From NCBI GenBank assembly GCA_047285535.1, contig JBJBDC010000001.1:160136-224135 (forward strand): a DNA stretch of 64,000 bases, given 5' to 3'. Both the position numbers and the translations under genes were made by a program. Of the stretch, positions 30,082 through 40,182 are shown piece by piece; within the stretch, counting starts at the first letter, position 1, and the number at the start of each line of letters is the position of its first letter. This DNA comes from Synechococcus sp. (GTDB taxonomy: Bacteria > Cyanobacteriota > Cyanobacteriia > PCC-6307 > Cyanobiaceae). The notes under the pieces were generated by a model, which saw nothing but the letters and a program-made list of their open reading frames with translations, was not told the DNA's origin and did no database searches.

Positions 30082-30438
30082 TTAAAGAGCGTCAATCGCT
30101 TGCATGGCTGAGTTGAAATATTTACTTGACTGGTCAAAATCGCTGCAGTCTTGATTCATTGCTTGCGAGATCAGGTCAATTGCTTGTTTGGCTTGATTTG
30201 ACTGTATCCAGTCTGCTTCTGCTTCCCAGTTGTTTTTTTTAATGGCAGTGTTAACAATGAGCTCTGCGCGTTGATTGTTGTAGCCAGAATGGCGAACTTT
30301 GCATGCTGCGTAGGCTGCAATCCCCGCTAACCGTTGGCGTACTTCATGGTCTCCATTCTGGGCCTGGGACTCGGAACAGATCAGGGCTGAGCTCAGCAAG
30401 ATGGAAAGAGCCGTGCGCTTTAAAGAAGAGAAAGTCAT
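30082..30438 (-). CDS. Hypothetical exported protein
   Basis: Signal-like N-terminus MTFSSLKRTALSILLSSALICSESQA; two Cys in the mature part. Confidence 0.6.
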   Translation of the reverse strand: MTFSSLKRTALSILLSSALICSESQAQNGDHEVRQRLAGIAAYAACKVRHSGYNNQRAELIVNTAIKKNNWEAEADWIQSNQAKQAIDLISQAMNQDCSDFDQSSKYFNSAMQAIDAL

Positions 30439-30502
30439 TGCTCTAACAATCGTCTCAACTTGCAAGGAAGTCATTTTTTGTGATTGTTCACACTCCTCAT
30501 TT

Positions 30503-31861
30503 TCAATGCAATGAAGCTGCTTCTGTTGGCTCAACATTGGAAGAGACTTTAATCAAAGCATCATTCAGGGTGGGTGAGTAGCGGGGTCGTACAGCTTTCA
30601 ACAGAGGGAACGCTGCTAAACAGGTGCTGGCCATCAACAACCACAGAATCAAACCATGGCCTTGCTGATCTAAGAGTGCACCAGAGATCAACGGGGCTGC
30701 AATGGCACTGACCGCAAAGGATTGCGAGAACATGGCCATGGCCAGGCCGCGGTGTTGTATCGGCGTCTCTTCCACCATCGCTTCAGCAGCGGTCGGCAAG
30801 AAAGCTGCCTCGCCGAAGGCAATGGGCATCATCGCAAGTGCGATCAGGCTGCTGCCACCAGACCAAAGCGACGATGCAGCAAGAAGCAGGCCGCCTGTCA
30901 TGAATCCAATCAGTCCCACCCCCAGGCCAAAACGCAGACTTCGTTTTGCGACCCAGTTACCGATTGGCCACTGAAGCAGCATTAGCAGGATTAACTGCAG
31001 TGAAATTAAGCCGCCGCTGGTCGCTTCACTCAGTGGTGCGCGTGCGAGTCCTCCTCGAACCATGTCGAGAGGCAGAGCACTTTGCATTAAAGAAATGATG
31101 CTGGTAGCAATCAAGCTCACAACCAGCACAGGAATAAGTGGCAGAAGCCAGTGCCAATCCATTTTGGACTCTGCTTTTGACACCAATCTGGCTTTGGTTT
31201 CAAGGTTGTTGTTCTCTGCTGTTTTTGCTCGCAAAAGCGCTTTTCGTCCGTCTGGCAGCGGCGTCAGACTCAACACCATCAGCATGCTTAAAACTGCCGC
31301 AGCCTCCACTGCGTAGACCATGCGGATCATCTCCATGGCGGTCAACACAGCGCCGATCAGCGCACCAGCCGCGACCCCTGAGGCGTCAGCACTGCGAGCA
31401 AGAGCAAATCCACGACTGGACTCAAAGTCGCTGCAGCTCAATGGAACTGCTAATTCAATGGCAGGAAAATAGAGGCCTGCTGCGGCACCGATCAGCAACT
31501 GTCCTACGAGATATCCGTTGAAGCCAGTGGCTTGGAATAGCACTACATCAGCCATCAAGCCGAGCAGGGCAGCAGTTCTGACAGGCCATGAGCAGGTGAG
31601 GCCGCGATCGAGCAGAACTCCACTCAACAATCTCGCCACGGTTCCAATTAAGGAGGACGCGGCTAATCCTTGTCCGACCTGGACGGCACTAAAGCTGGCC
31701 TGATGAAAGACGATCGGTGTCAGATAGATCACACCTCCTGCTCCCAATGAGGCCAAGAAGCGAATGAACGCCACTTCTTGCAAAGGTGCGGGAAACTGGT
31801 ACCACCAGTGGACTGGTCTTGGCCTTGCGAAAACGCTCAAGAGGACGGCGAATAACTGCAA
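30503..31861 (-). CDS. MFS transporter
   Basis: About 12 hydrophobic segments, GVLLDR motif A variant, HRGLAMA; start uncertain. Confidence 0.9.
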   Translation of the reverse strand: MQLFAVLLSVFARPRPVHWWYQFPAPLQEVAFIRFLASLGAGGVIYLTPIVFHQASFSAVQVGQGLAASSLIGTVARLLSGVLLDRGLTCSWPVRTAALLGLMADVVLFQATGFNGYLVGQLLIGAAAGLYFPAIELAVPLSCSDFESSRGFALARSADASGVAAGALIGAVLTAMEMIRMVYAVEAAAVLSMLMVLSLTPLPDGRKALLRAKTAENNNLETKARLVSKAESKMDWHWLLPLIPVLVVSLIATSIISLMQSALPLDMVRGGLARAPLSEATSGGLISLQLILLMLLQWPIGNWVAKRSLRFGLGVGLIGFMTGGLLLAASSLWSGGSSLIALAMMPIAFGEAAFLPTAAEAMVEETPIQHRGLAMAMFSQSFAVSAIAAPLISGALLDQQGHGLILWLLMASTCLAAFPLLKAVRPRYSPTLNDALIKVSSNVEPTEAASLH

Positions 31862-33438
31862 GTTGTCTGTGCAGTCTGCTGTTTTTATGGGCCTCTCCGC
31901 GTCCGTTGTGGGCTGCTTCGCAGCTGGAGGTGCAGATTGATGGCACTGTTATCCCTTTAGATATAGGGGATCTCACGGAATGGGCGCGGTCCGATGGACA
32001 GCATCATTCAGAGCTCAGTACTTGGTTCTTGTTGTTAGATCCCGAGAGCAGAGCTGGGGTCTTACAACTGCTTCAGGCTCCTGTGATTGTTGATCGCAGC
32101 ATGGCTCTTCAACTCTTAGACAGCTGGGCTGGGCGTCAATTGTTGGATCAAGTCGCTGATTTAGTGCGAGTCGACGATGACACCGAGGGTGTCATTTTTC
32201 GTCAAACACTTAATGAACTTCTGGCCAGGCAAGAGCAGGTTTCAAGTCTGGATTTGCTTGAAGCCCTCCCTGCTGAAAGGATTCGCCTTGATCTCGATGT
32301 TTTGCTGGGGCTGGCGCGGAGCTGGAGGACGCAGATTCAGCGTCAAAAGGATTTGGTGCGGCGCCTTGATCGCCTCCCGGTCACGGATTCATTGCCAGAG
32401 CCTCGTCCTTCTTTCCAATCTGGCGATGGGCTTCATCAAGATCTAGAACCCAGGCTGATGTCTCTGTCAGTCAGCCATAGGTCTGAGCCATTGCGGTTTC
32501 AGCTCTGGTTGCCCGATAAGGAAGCCCCCGAACGGGAGCACTGGATGGTTCTCATGCCTGGGTTGGGAGGAAGCCCGGACCATTTTCGCTGGCTGGGCCG
32601 TGGCCTGAGTCGTCGCGGTTGGCCCGTCTTGGTGCCTGAACATCCAGGTAGCGATGACCGAGCTGTCCAGGCCCTACTGGAGGGACGTCTTCCTCCTCCG
32701 GGTGCGGAAGTGCTCCCTGATCGCCTCAAGGATCTGGATGCCCTCATCACTGCGCGACGAAAGGGCGTGTTTGATCTGCCAGGCCGACGCTTGATTTTGG
32801 CTGGCCATTCCCTTGGTGCTTTGAGTGCACTGTTGTCGACGGGTGCGCGGCCTGCTCCTGGCCTGGCTCGTCGTTGTTCTTCTGTCTTGAATGATTTGCC
32901 GCTCAGCAATTTATCGCGACTTTTGCAGTGTCAGCTTGTGGATGTTCCTTTGCCACAGCAAACAGCACCGGAAGATTTATCGGCGGTGATTGGCTTCAAC
33001 ACTTTCGGCAGCCTCCTTTGGCCCGTTGGCTCCCTTTCCAAGGCTCTCAATGTGCCTTTGCTTTTTACTGGTGGCACGCTCGATCTGATCACTCCACCCA
33101 TTAGCGAACAGTTGAGTCTTCTTCTGGCGATGCCTCCTGAACCCTCCAGCAGGGTGGTACTGGTTGAAGGTGCCAGCCATTTTTCACCAGTTCGAGTTGA
33201 GGGGCAGAAGCAAGGGGGACGCGGTGAGGATCTCTTCCAGCTTGGAGAAGAGCTTGTTGGTGTTCAGCCACTGCAAGTGCAGGCACTGTTGGAGCAGGAA
33301 GTGGTTCAGTTTTTATTGGATCAGGAAAAGCGGAATGCTGAGGTCCTTCCCCGAGTGAAGAGGATGCATCTGCAGGTTGGAGAATTACACCTTCATCGGC
33401 TTGATCGAAAGGCGGCTACAGATTTAGTTGATTGGTAG
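31786..33438 (+). CDS. DUF1400-like domain alpha/beta hydrolase
   Basis: PGLGGS, EHPGS, GHSLG, GASHFS; start uncertain. Confidence 0.85.
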   Translation: MRETGTTSGLVLALRKRSRGRRITASCLCSLLFLWASPRPLWAASQLEVQIDGTVIPLDIGDLTEWARSDGQHHSELSTWFLLLDPESRAGVLQLLQAPVIVDRSMALQLLDSWAGRQLLDQVADLVRVDDDTEGVIFRQTLNELLARQEQVSSLDLLEALPAERIRLDLDVLLGLARSWRTQIQRQKDLVRRLDRLPVTDSLPEPRPSFQSGDGLHQDLEPRLMSLSVSHRSEPLRFQLWLPDKEAPEREHWMVLMPGLGGSPDHFRWLGRGLSRRGWPVLVPEHPGSDDRAVQALLEGRLPPPGAEVLPDRLKDLDALITARRKGVFDLPGRRLILAGHSLGALSALLSTGARPAPGLARRCSSVLNDLPLSNLSRLLQCQLVDVPLPQQTAPEDLSAVIGFNTFGSLLWPVGSLSKALNVPLLFTGGTLDLITPPISEQLSLLLAMPPEPSSRVVLVEGASHFSPVRVEGQKQGGRGEDLFQLGEELVGVQPLQVQALLEQEVVQFLLDQEKRNAEVLPRVKRMHLQVGELHLHRLDRKAATDLVDW

Positions 33439-33447
33439 TGATGTCTA

Positions 33448-34467
33448 TCAGTAGCGAATGCGTGGATCTAGAACGGCGACCAACAGGTCAACCGCCACGC
33501 TCACCATCACGACGAGTGCGGCGATGACGACAACAATTCCTTGGACAACGGGATAGTCGCGTTGGTTAATGCTTTCTTGTAGGCGAAGAGCAATGCCTGG
33601 CCAGGAAAATGTAACCTCAATCAGAAGGGCTCCCCCGATGAGCGAGGCCACAGTGATGCCCGCAATCGTGAGCACTGGTAGCAGGGCATTTGGAAGAGCA
33701 TGGCGCAGCACCACCTGGGTTTCGCTCAGTCCACGGCTCCTGGCAGATTCCACATAATCCGATTTCAGAGTGCGATTCAGATTGAGCCTCAGCGCACGCG
33801 TGAACACTCCGCTGAGAAGTAGGCCCAAGGTGCAGGCGGGCAGCACTAGGTGTCGAATCGATCCTTGAAGCGCAGACCAATTTCTGTTGATGACGCTGTC
33901 GTAGATCAGAAATCCGCTGCCTTCTGGAGGGATCAAACTCGGTGGAAATCTGCCGCCAACGGGTAACCAGCCGAGCATCACGGCAAAGATGAGTTGAATC
34001 AACATGGCCGCCCAAAATGGGGGCAATGCATAGGTTCCAATTCCGTAAAAGCGGCCAGCTAGATCCAATTTCCCTTCTGGTCTGGCAACCCCGCTAAACC
34101 CCACAGCTAATCCCAGAACTGCAGCGATGATCAGGGCTGTGATGCCAAGCTCCAAGCTTGCCGGCAATGTTTTGTTAATAATCGAACGGACCGACTCACT
34201 GTTGATTAAGGCAACTCCTAAATTTCCATGAACCAGCTTTCCAAGAAAATCTAAATATTGATTCCATAGAGATTGATCAAGACCAAGACTGCTTCTGAGT
34301 GCGGCTTTGGCAGCTTCTGGAGCCCTGCTGCCAAGTACTGCATCCACCGGATCTCCAGGAGCGACTCGCAGCAATAAAAACACCAGTGTGGCAATCATCC
34401 AAAGCATGAGGGGAGCTAGCGCCAGTCGTGTTGCGCAGTAGCGAAAAAGTTCCCGACCCCGTGCCAT
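33448..34467 (-). CDS. Peptide/nickel ABC transporter permease (DppB-like)
   Basis: PGDPV, DYVESARSRGL, HALPNA, EVTFSWPGI, RDYPVVQG. Confidence 0.95.
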   Translation of the reverse strand: MARGRELFRYCATRLALAPLMLWMIATLVFLLLRVAPGDPVDAVLGSRAPEAAKAALRSSLGLDQSLWNQYLDFLGKLVHGNLGVALINSESVRSIINKTLPASLELGITALIIAAVLGLAVGFSGVARPEGKLDLAGRFYGIGTYALPPFWAAMLIQLIFAVMLGWLPVGGRFPPSLIPPEGSGFLIYDSVINRNWSALQGSIRHLVLPACTLGLLLSGVFTRALRLNLNRTLKSDYVESARSRGLSETQVVLRHALPNALLPVLTIAGITVASLIGGALLIEVTFSWPGIALRLQESINQRDYPVVQGIVVVIAALVVMVSVAVDLLVAVLDPRIRY

Positions 34468-36077
34468 CAGTCTGCTTCTCCGAGTCGGGCCAGATTCACC
34501 AGCCCGTTGCCATTAAAGGTGGGAGGGCTTAGTCGAAGTTGAGCCCAGGCTTTTGGAGCGACAAACCAGACTGGAATGTAGGGCGCCCCTTGTGCTGCCA
34601 TCTCATCAACCGTCGCCAGTTCCTTAAGTCGTGCGTCACCCTCCAGCCTGTCGCTGCGACGTAAGGCTTTTTGAAGACCTGGTGCAGTCCAGAACGTGCC
34701 GCCATCCACGGCTTCACCGGCCTCACAAAGGTTTCCTTTTGCACGTTTACAACTGAGCAATGGGGCGAGGTAAGCCTCAGGGTCTGGATAGGAACCTCCC
34801 CAATCAAGAATGACTGCTTGGAACGATCCTTCGCTCAGCTGCTTATAAACCGTTGTTGATTCCACCCCATTGAGAGTCATGTTCACGCAATTGGGAAGAT
34901 CTCGCTTTAGTTGAGCTTGCCATGTGAGTGCCATCAATCGATCCGAAGGAACGTTGGTGCGATACGTGAAGGCAATCTGAAGCTGGCGTCCTTTGCAGTA
35001 GCCCGCTTTTTCAAACAACTTTCGAGCCGTCTTCAGGTTATAGGTCGGCCATGGTTCTGTTTTCCCTCCCTGCAAACTTGGTGGAATGAGAGAGCGCAGG
35101 GGTGTTCTTTGTTTGTAGCTGACGCGGGTGCTGATCAAGTGGCGGTCAAGGCTATGAGCAAGGGCCTGCCGAACGATTTGACTCTTTAAAGGTGGAGTAT
35201 TAGTGCGCAGGGTCACAAACGTGATGTTCATGGCTGGCCCCTTGCTCTCCCGAATGAGTTTTTGGTTGGCTCGATGGCTTAACGCTCGTTTCTGATCCTC
35301 ATCCAGCGAATCGGACAGCAGAACATCGACTTCTCCGCTGACTAAGGCTCCAAACAGCGCTGTGGAGTTGCTGAGGTTGATGAGGTCGAGTCCTATGTTC
35401 TTTGGAGGTGCTCCCCAGTAGTTGCGAAAGGGGAGCAGACGCTGTTGGGTGTTGCGAAAGCTACTCAGGATGTAAGGACCTGTTCCTACAAATCGATCAT
35501 TCAGGAATCGATTGGCATGCTCGGCGTAGGCCTTCGGAGAGACAGGAGTCAGATAAGGCGATGTCAGCAGGTTTTCGATTGAGCTAGAGGGGCGTTTGAG
35601 ACGGAGTCGTATGCGAAAGGGGGTAGGCGTTTCAATTGACTCAATGCGATTTTCCACTAAATAGCGTTGAGTGCCGATGCGTAGAAAGCGCCTGAGACTG
35701 AATGCCATTGCGTGAGCGTCAAAGCGAGTGCCGTCATGGAACAGCACGTCTCGACGCAGGGGGATAGTGAGGTTGAGCCCGTCATTGCTGAGCTCAGGTT
35801 TTGAGGCGGCCAGTTGAGGCTGCAGTTTTCCATTCGCGTCCCGGCGGTAAAGCGTATCGCCGAGGGCACTCAGAACTTGCAATACACCAGTGGTGCTGGC
35901 CAGGGCTGGGTCAAGAGAGGAAATGCGACCAGCGCTGGCCACCGTTAATCGTTCGCTTTGACGTTTGGGCTGGCAAGCACTCAGGGTCAATGCAAGTGCC
36001 AAGCCGATCAACAGTCTGGCCTTCGGGCTGAAGCGACGACGGTCAGTCACGAAGCGAATTTGAGTATCAGTCGCCAT
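34467..36077 (-). CDS. Peptide ABC transporter substrate-binding lipoprotein (family 5)
   Basis: Lipobox LSAC, LRRDVLFHDGT, VGTGPY. Confidence 0.93.
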   Translation of the reverse strand: MATDTQIRFVTDRRRFSPKARLLIGLALALTLSACQPKRQSERLTVASAGRISSLDPALASTTGVLQVLSALGDTLYRRDANGKLQPQLAASKPELSNDGLNLTIPLRRDVLFHDGTRFDAHAMAFSLRRFLRIGTQRYLVENRIESIETPTPFRIRLRLKRPSSSIENLLTSPYLTPVSPKAYAEHANRFLNDRFVGTGPYILSSFRNTQQRLLPFRNYWGAPPKNIGLDLINLSNSTALFGALVSGEVDVLLSDSLDEDQKRALSHRANQKLIRESKGPAMNITFVTLRTNTPPLKSQIVRQALAHSLDRHLISTRVSYKQRTPLRSLIPPSLQGGKTEPWPTYNLKTARKLFEKAGYCKGRQLQIAFTYRTNVPSDRLMALTWQAQLKRDLPNCVNMTLNGVESTTVYKQLSEGSFQAVILDWGGSYPDPEAYLAPLLSCKRAKGNLCEAGEAVDGGTFWTAPGLQKALRRSDRLEGDARLKELATVDEMAAQGAPYIPVWFVAPKAWAQLRLSPPTFNGNGLVNLARLGEAD

Positions 36078-36103
36078 TCAACGACCGCATGCGCGAACTG
36101 TCG

Positions 36104-36286
36104 CTAATCGCTCTCTGGAATGGTGCTGGAAATCTGTTGAAGACCCACCTCAAATACGGGGGATCCATGGCGATCAATGGGCCATTGGCGAATCCAGCAA
36201 CGGTCGTGATGGGCATCAATGCTGATGACTTGGAATGGTCCTTCTCCCGTGCGGAGCCTGATGCAGTCTCCTTGATGCAGCTGCAT
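36104..36286 (-). CDS. Small conserved hypothetical protein
   Basis: MQLHQGDCIRL...FQVISID..HDRCWIRQWP. Confidence 0.65.
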   Translation of the reverse strand: MQLHQGDCIRLRTGEGPFQVISIDAHHDRCWIRQWPIDRHGSPVFEVGLQQISSTIPESD

Positions 36287-36462
36287 GACGGGCAAAGAAC
36301 TCTGCTGATCGCAGTGTGAACCGTTGGTCAGAGTCATTTCGTTCGTCATGAACGTAAGGCAGCATGGATCTGCAATTGCAGACTAGCTTTTTGATGGTTC
36401 TTATGATTTTGTCTCTTCCTGTGGTCTGGAGTCCATCCCGAAGTGATGGTGTGTGGGATTGC

Positions 36463-37779
36463 TCAAAGACAGCCGAGGTGGGCATCAAGGCTTAACACTC
36501 CAGGAAGCGCATGGATTGCTTGGAGTGCTTTGCTCATCTGCCCATTGCTAACAACGTGCGTGATTACAACGATCTCAGCGCCCGCATTGCTGGCTTCCAG
36601 TTGGACGATTGATTGAATCGAGACGTTGTGATCTCCAAAACAACTGCCTATACGTCCGATGATCCCAGGTGCATTTTCTGTCTTGAAACGCACATAGTTG
36701 CGCTGGCTGGTTCTTTCGGCATTGACCAGATGGCATGAGCGCCAGCTCGAGGCGGCGAGCAGCGGGTCAAGATTTCCGTTTGCAGGATCGAGTTGACGAA
36801 TACCGGCAATATTGAGGATGTCAGCCACCACCGCTGATGCAGTAGGCCCTGCTCCTGCTCCAGGTCCATAGAACATCACCCTTCCGATCGGATCTCCTTC
36901 CACCAAGATGGCGTTGTTGACGCCGTTGACTCCTGCAAGTGGATGGTCGTTGGGGACCAGGGTGGGTTGAACGCTGACGGCTAGAGGAAGGGATGTGGGA
37001 TGGCTGGGGTCAGAATCCATGCGTTCAGCTACCGCAAGAAGTTTGACTCCATAACCCAATTGCGTGGCATAGTCCACATCTCTGCTTTGCAGAGTGCTTA
37101 TTCCTGCGGTGGGGATACCGTTTCGATCGATCGGCCCTCCAAAGGCGAGCCCTGAAAGAATCGCAATCTTGTCGGCTGCATCAAGGCCTTCAACATCAGC
37201 AGCGGGGTCCGCTTCCGCATAGCCCAAGTCCTGTGCTTCTAGCAGCACAGCCTCGTAGTCCACCCCTTCATCAGCCATGCGACTGAGAATGTAGTTTGTT
37301 GTGCCGTTAATAATTCCACTGACGCGCTGAATGCGATTGCCGCCGAGAGATTGCTTGAGCGGTTCAATGATCGGGATTCCGCCGCCGACCGCAGCCTCGA
37401 TCAACACGTAAACCCCGGCCGCAGCTGCGGCCGCAGCAATCTCTTCACCATGTCTGGCAATCACAGATTTGTTTGCGGTGACAACCGATTTGCCGGCAGA
37501 TATCGCACGCATAATCAAGGTGCGGGCTGGTTCTATCCCTCCCATCACCTCCACCACGACGTCCACTTCAGGATCGTCCACCACGGACTCCGGCGATGTG
37601 GTCAGGATGCTTTCATCAAGTGAGAGAGCCCGTTTACGTTTTAAATCTCTCACTGCCACTTTCACCAGATCAAGATCGGAGATCAAAGGGTGTCTTCCGT
37701 CTGGTGAATCAAGAATGCTCGCCACTCCTGCACCCACTGTTCCAAGACCGAGAAGGCCGATTCCGATCCGAGTGGTCAT
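36463..37779 (-). CDS. hom: Homoserine dehydrogenase with C-terminal ACT domain
   Basis: GLGTVG, VVTANK, EAAVGGGIP, GYAEADPAADVEG. Confidence 0.97.
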   Translation of the reverse strand: MTTRIGIGLLGLGTVGAGVASILDSPDGRHPLISDLDLVKVAVRDLKRKRALSLDESILTTSPESVVDDPEVDVVVEVMGGIEPARTLIMRAISAGKSVVTANKSVIARHGEEIAAAAAAAGVYVLIEAAVGGGIPIIEPLKQSLGGNRIQRVSGIINGTTNYILSRMADEGVDYEAVLLEAQDLGYAEADPAADVEGLDAADKIAILSGLAFGGPIDRNGIPTAGISTLQSRDVDYATQLGYGVKLLAVAERMDSDPSHPTSLPLAVSVQPTLVPNDHPLAGVNGVNNAILVEGDPIGRVMFYGPGAGAGPTASAVVADILNIAGIRQLDPANGNLDPLLAASSWRSCHLVNAERTSQRNYVRFKTENAPGIIGRIGSCFGDHNVSIQSIVQLEASNAGAEIVVITHVVSNGQMSKALQAIHALPGVLSLDAHLGCL

Positions 37780-37815
37780 TGGACAGATTCCGTTCGTGTT
37801 GCTGATCAGAGGACT

Positions 37816-38277
37816 CTATGAATGAATAGCGTCATTGTTGCTTGATAAAGCACGAGCCTGGGATTGCATGGCACGCAAGATATTGAGAAAACCGTTCGCC
37901 CTCGATGGAGTAAGGCTTGCTTGAAGGCCAGTAGCCTCAATGAAAGCAGGGTCAACGGCCTGCACTTGCTCTGGAGTGAGGTTACTCATCCCTTTGATTA
38001 ATAAGGCCAGGAGACCTTTGGTGATCAAAGCATCGGATTCGCCTTGCCAGCACACATAATTGCCCTTTAGAGCAGCATGGATAAACACTTGGGAGACGCA
38101 ACCATGAACTTTTCGCTCATCGGTCTGGAGTTCCAAAGGCATGGCGGGCAGTTTCTTAGCGAGCCAAAGTACATATTCATAACGCTTGCGAGGGTCTGAG
38201 GTCCTACTAAGACGTTCTGCTAAGCGATCAAGCGCCTCGCTTCCGTATGTGTTTGGGGAGCAGCGGAGTTCCTCCAT
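37816..38277 (-). CDS. sufE: SufE-family Fe-S sulfur acceptor
   Basis: VHGCVSQV, SDALITKGL, LTPSRANGF. Confidence 0.93.
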   Translation of the reverse strand: MEELRCSPNTYGSEALDRLAERLSRTSDPRKRYEYVLWLAKKLPAMPLELQTDERKVHGCVSQVFIHAALKGNYVCWQGESDALITKGLLALLIKGMSNLTPEQVQAVDPAFIEATGLQASLTPSRANGFLNILRAMQSQARALSSNNDAIHS

Positions 38278-38284
38278 AGAGAAT

Positions 38285-38761
38285 TCAGCGAATCAAGCTG
38301 GGTTTGCGCACCTTAACCATCAGGCTCACAAGGCCTAGTACAGCAGGTGCTCCAAGCCAAGCCAAACCGGGGACTGTTCTCCTCAGGTGTCTTGTTTTCA
38401 CAACTTCTTCAAGTACAACGCTGCCTTGGCTGATCGGTAATTCCAGATAATCGCGATGTCCAGGTCCACCATCCACTTGTAAATCCAAGACGCCTTCCAC
38501 GATTGGTGGAAGCGTCAATGTCAGCTGGCCATTGGCTCCAATCCGCCCCAGTTCATCTCCGGGAGAGCCGTCCTGGTTGAGTAGACGAACGGCGGCACCC
38601 TCGACAGGTTCACCCGTGGAGAAGCTGCTGATCAGCTCCAATTGTCCATCTAGATAGCGAATTGAGCTTTCAATTCCATGGGCCTGAGCCGGATGGCTTG
38701 AAGTGAGTCCGAGACCTAAAGCTGCACATGCCACCAGCAGGCTGCGTGAAAACACGGTCAT
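38285..38761 (-). CDS. Exported membrane-anchored protein, CbiL/NikL-like
   Basis: Signal peptide ending AQA-H, FSTGEP...A.V, GGPGHR, C-terminal TM helix. Confidence 0.55.
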   Translation of the reverse strand: MTVFSRSLLVACAALGLGLTSSHPAQAHGIESSIRYLDGQLELISSFSTGEPVEGAAVRLLNQDGSPGDELGRIGANGQLTLTLPPIVEGVLDLQVDGGPGHRDYLELPISQGSVVLEEVVKTRHLRRTVPGLAWLGAPAVLGLVSLMVKVRKPSLIR

Positions 38762-38782
38762 GACATCAACCCGATAGATTTT

Positions 38783-39385
38783 TCATCTTGCAGAGAATTT
38801 TGTCTGCTGGCTAGCCCAGCGCAAGTTGTAGCCAAGTTCGGTGATCCATCCATCTACGGGCTGATCCCATGGGGCAACGGGTAATGGATCGGAATGAATG
38901 CACGCTTCTGGCAGGACAGCCATCACTGGAAGTGCTGACCATCCGGGTTGACTCAGCAATCGGTCATAACAACCTCCTCCATAGCCCAGGCGCATTCCGT
39001 TTCGATCGATGGCCAGTGCTGGAATCAACAAGAGCGACAACTGGGCCGGCTTTAACGCGGGAGCCAACAGAGGAGCTGGGATTGAAAAAGCATCACTGCG
39101 AAGTTCCTGTCTCGAGGGGGCGTCTCGCCATAGGTGATAAGAGATGCTGTAATTAGCTGCCGTTGCAGGTAGAGCTAAGGGTGCGGGCTGTCGTTCGGCC
39201 AGGGCGCGAAGATCAGGCTCCCCTGCCAATGGCCAAGTGATGCCGATGGCAAGCTTGTCATTGGCAGAATTGCGCTGCTCCAGATAGGTGAGCACCTCAT
39301 CAACCAACAAACCATTGAGTGTTGACATTGCGGCGAGCCGCACATGGTTGTATTGAGTCCTCAGGGCTTTTTTGTTCAAGGGCAT
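38783..39385 (-). CDS. 5-formyltetrahydrofolate cyclo-ligase
   Basis: PALAIDRNGMRLGYGGGCYDRLL, PWDQPVD. Confidence 0.93.
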   Translation of the reverse strand: MPLNKKALRTQYNHVRLAAMSTLNGLLVDEVLTYLEQRNSANDKLAIGITWPLAGEPDLRALAERQPAPLALPATAANYSISYHLWRDAPSRQELRSDAFSIPAPLLAPALKPAQLSLLLIPALAIDRNGMRLGYGGGCYDRLLSQPGWSALPVMAVLPEACIHSDPLPVAPWDQPVDGWITELGYNLRWASQQTKFSAR

Positions 39386-39387
39386 TC

Positions 39388-40182
39388 CTAGGCATGGGTG
39401 ACATCTTTGATGGGATCCGGAATTCCCCAACGACCCATGACAGGGAGAAGAAAAGGTATTTCAATTTCAGCCCTTTCGTTTGGCCATAGGGTTACGAGTT
39501 CTTCTTCTAGCTCTGGAAGAAGATCCACTCCTTTTTGCTGAGCCTGGTGAATGGCTGACCAAGTGCTGATGAAGCCTAGAAGATCATGCCTGCTCCAACA
39601 CAATTCGATCCCGTAATGCTCTGGTATTGAATGGCTCTCTCCAGGGAAAGGAAGATCGCTGTATCGAGTCTCGACATGTCGGCGTTGGGGTGGCCACCAG
39701 ATCTGCAAGCGATGGTGGTAAAGCTCATCTAGCCATTGTTGTAGTAATTCCGGAGCACCTATGAGAGGGGCGTATCCAATCCAGACCACGAGACCTCCTG
39801 GTCGAAGAACTCTGAGACATTCTTGATTGAAATGCTCCACATTGAGCCAGTGAATGGCTGTGGCGCAGACCACTGCGCTACAGCAGTGAGCCGCCAGTCC
39901 ACTGTTCTCTGCTGAGGCCACTTGAAATTGAATTTTGGGATGAGGAGGAGCGGCTGCAATTTGTTTTGGGCTGAGATCTGTGGCGAACACCGTTGAAAAT
40001 TCTTCGGCAAGCCCGATGCTGGCTTGACCACTGCCACAGGCGGCATCCCAGCAGAGATTGTGATCCGGTGCCTGGGATGCAATCCAGCGAAACACGGATG
40101 CCGGATAGTGGGGGCGTCGCTCGGCATAGGCCGCGGCTACCGAATCAAACCAGCCATGGCTGGGAGCTGTCATGGTCTCCAC
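39388..40182 (-). CDS. Class I SAM-dependent methyltransferase
   Basis: YAERRPHYP, WDAACGSGQA, ATAIHW. Confidence 0.9.
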   Translation of the reverse strand: METMTAPSHGWFDSVAAAYAERRPHYPASVFRWIASQAPDHNLCWDAACGSGQASIGLAEEFSTVFATDLSPKQIAAAPPHPKIQFQVASAENSGLAAHCCSAVVCATAIHWLNVEHFNQECLRVLRPGGLVVWIGYAPLIGAPELLQQWLDELYHHRLQIWWPPQRRHVETRYSDLPFPGESHSIPEHYGIELCWSRHDLLGFISTWSAIHQAQQKGVDLLPELEEELVTLWPNERAEIEIPFLLPVMGRWGIPDPIKDVTHA

